Assembly (NCBI GenBank): GCA_902609415.1
Contig: CACLRR010000001.1
Span: 6,466 to 70,465 of the forward strand
Length of the DNA: 64,000 nt
Direction: 5' to 3'
Source of the DNA: an uncultured Chlamydiae bacterium
GTDB lineage: Bacteria; Chlamydiota; Chlamydiia; Chlamydiales; CACLRR01
The notes under the pieces were generated by a model, which made no database searches, was not told the DNA's origin, and saw nothing but the letters and a program-made list of their open reading frames with translations. Both the position numbers and the translations under genes were made by a program. Each line of letters opens with the position of its first letter. Position 1 is the stretch's first letter. Shown here one piece after another: positions 63,418-64,000 of this stretch.

Positions 63418-63597
63418 AAAAGTTGCCACCCATCATCCTTATCACAGCCTTTTTCTTCAAGTCCTATTCTATTACTTCGATCTCATCTTCACGTGGAACA
63501 CAATATTTGTGCATAGAACAAAGCAGATCTTTTCTAAGATCGGTAACAGTTTTTCCCTCTTTTTTTTTTATTTTTATAATAACAAACATTCGGTTTA

Positions 63598-63626
63598 TTA
63601 ATAGAAAGTCGTTATTTTGATATAAT
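63598..63626 (+). promoter_or_regulatory. Putative extended -10 promoter for the P-loop gene
   Basis: TTAATA (63598-63603), 17-nt spacer ending TG-a (63618-63620), then consensus TATAAT (63621-63626). The ATG at 63637 lies only 10 nt downstream, with no SD. Confidence 0.35.
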
Positions 63627-63636
63627 AAAATCAAAA

Positions 63637-64000
63637 ATGGAAAAAATAGTTATATTTATAGGAGGAGCTCCTGGAATAGGAAAGTCTCAATTCATTAATC
63701 AACTAAGACAAGAGGTAAGCTTTTATTACATTCACCTCTCTTCGCAAATAAAAGAAATTACTGGAAAAAGTCTAGATAACATCCCTGAAAAGCAACTCTA
63801 TGAGCTAGTCCACCAACTAATTTCATCAACTAAATCTTCAAATGTAATTATTGAAGGCCACTATAAAAAAAAACATAGCGATACTCACCAGCTAAGCAGC
63901 ATATTTCCTCTTTCTATTAATTACTACCTGCATTTATCAGTAAGTACAGACTCAAATTATCTGCGTCTTAAAAATAGACGACCAAACTGCTACTATGAAA
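63637..64000 (+). CDS. P-loop NTPase / small-molecule kinase-like protein; 3' end cut by window edge
   Basis: Hand translation: MEKIVIFIGGAPGIGKSQFINQLRQEVSFYYIHLSSQIKEITGK.. Open to the window end (121 codons). Walker A GGAPGIGKS at residues 9-17, as in adenylate-kinase-like folds. Confidence 0.6.
   Translation, partial: MEKIVIFIGGAPGIGKSQFINQLRQEVSFYYIHLSSQIKEITGKSLDNIPEKQLYELVHQLISSTKSSNVIIEGHYKKKHSDTHQLSSIFPLSINYYLHLSVSTDSNYLRLKNRRPNCYYE

Noticed and set aside
63375-63620. 81-aa ORF on the plus strand (MVRSQVLYPAELPAQ..)
   Set aside because: Its 5' part is the antisense of tRNA-Arg and the rest is low-complexity, T-rich intergenic DNA. It is a spurious ORF.
1-64000. CRISPR arrays, IS elements/transposases, integrases, phage genes, or flanking direct repeats around the glycosyltransferase island
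   Set aside because: Reading the window, I saw no regularly spaced repeats and no DDE/tyrosine-recombinase-like ORFs. The only clear repeat is the decayed duplicate at 7400-7800. The island boundary at the left is outside the window, so mobility cannot be judged.

Overview
Low-GC, densely packed bacterial chromosome segment with about 58 protein genes, one tRNA, and no rRNA, CRISPR array, transposase or integrase that I could see. All family calls come from motif recognition by eye; no database search or computation was run.

The gene content points to an obligate intracellular, Chlamydia-like organism. This is an inference, not a database result. It rests on an Npt/Tlc ADP/ATP translocase, an RsbU-type sensor PP2C phosphatase, a CtcB-like PAS histidine kinase, lpdA-lipA, a pgsA-sppA-polA-coaE-rho block and pseudopilin-like genes.

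Most of 17-64 kb is core housekeeping: secA, lpdA, lipA, glgC, murA, argS, tsaE, engB, pgk, polA, coaE, rho, cca, rsgA, eno, ahpC and tRNA-Arg(ACG).

Three stretches look accessory:
- (1) 1-8.7 kb. This is an island of eight consecutive genes: DUF1796, GT25, an FkbM methyltransferase, two GT90/CAP10 paralogues, GT17 and two small SAM methyltransferases. Every product carries an N-terminal signal peptide or signal anchor. A decayed duplicate of the GT90/GT17 junction lies beside the island. This is my best candidate for an undescribed system: an exported, eukaryote-type glycosylation and methylation toolkit.
- (2) 11.5-17.1 kb. Two large orphan proteins (633 and 861 aa) and two small ORFs, with no domain I can name.
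- (3) 54.4-56.6 kb. A GT28/MGDG-synthase-like glycosyltransferase and two small, translationally coupled secreted proteins.

Other points:
- A frameshifted small beta-barrel OMP gene.
- Dispersed pseudopilin-like genes with non-canonical cleavage motifs, coupled to a histidine kinase.
- A class III nucleotide cyclase with a large periplasmic domain.
- Five convergent gene pairs that overlap at their 3' ends.
- A 625-bp non-coding gap.
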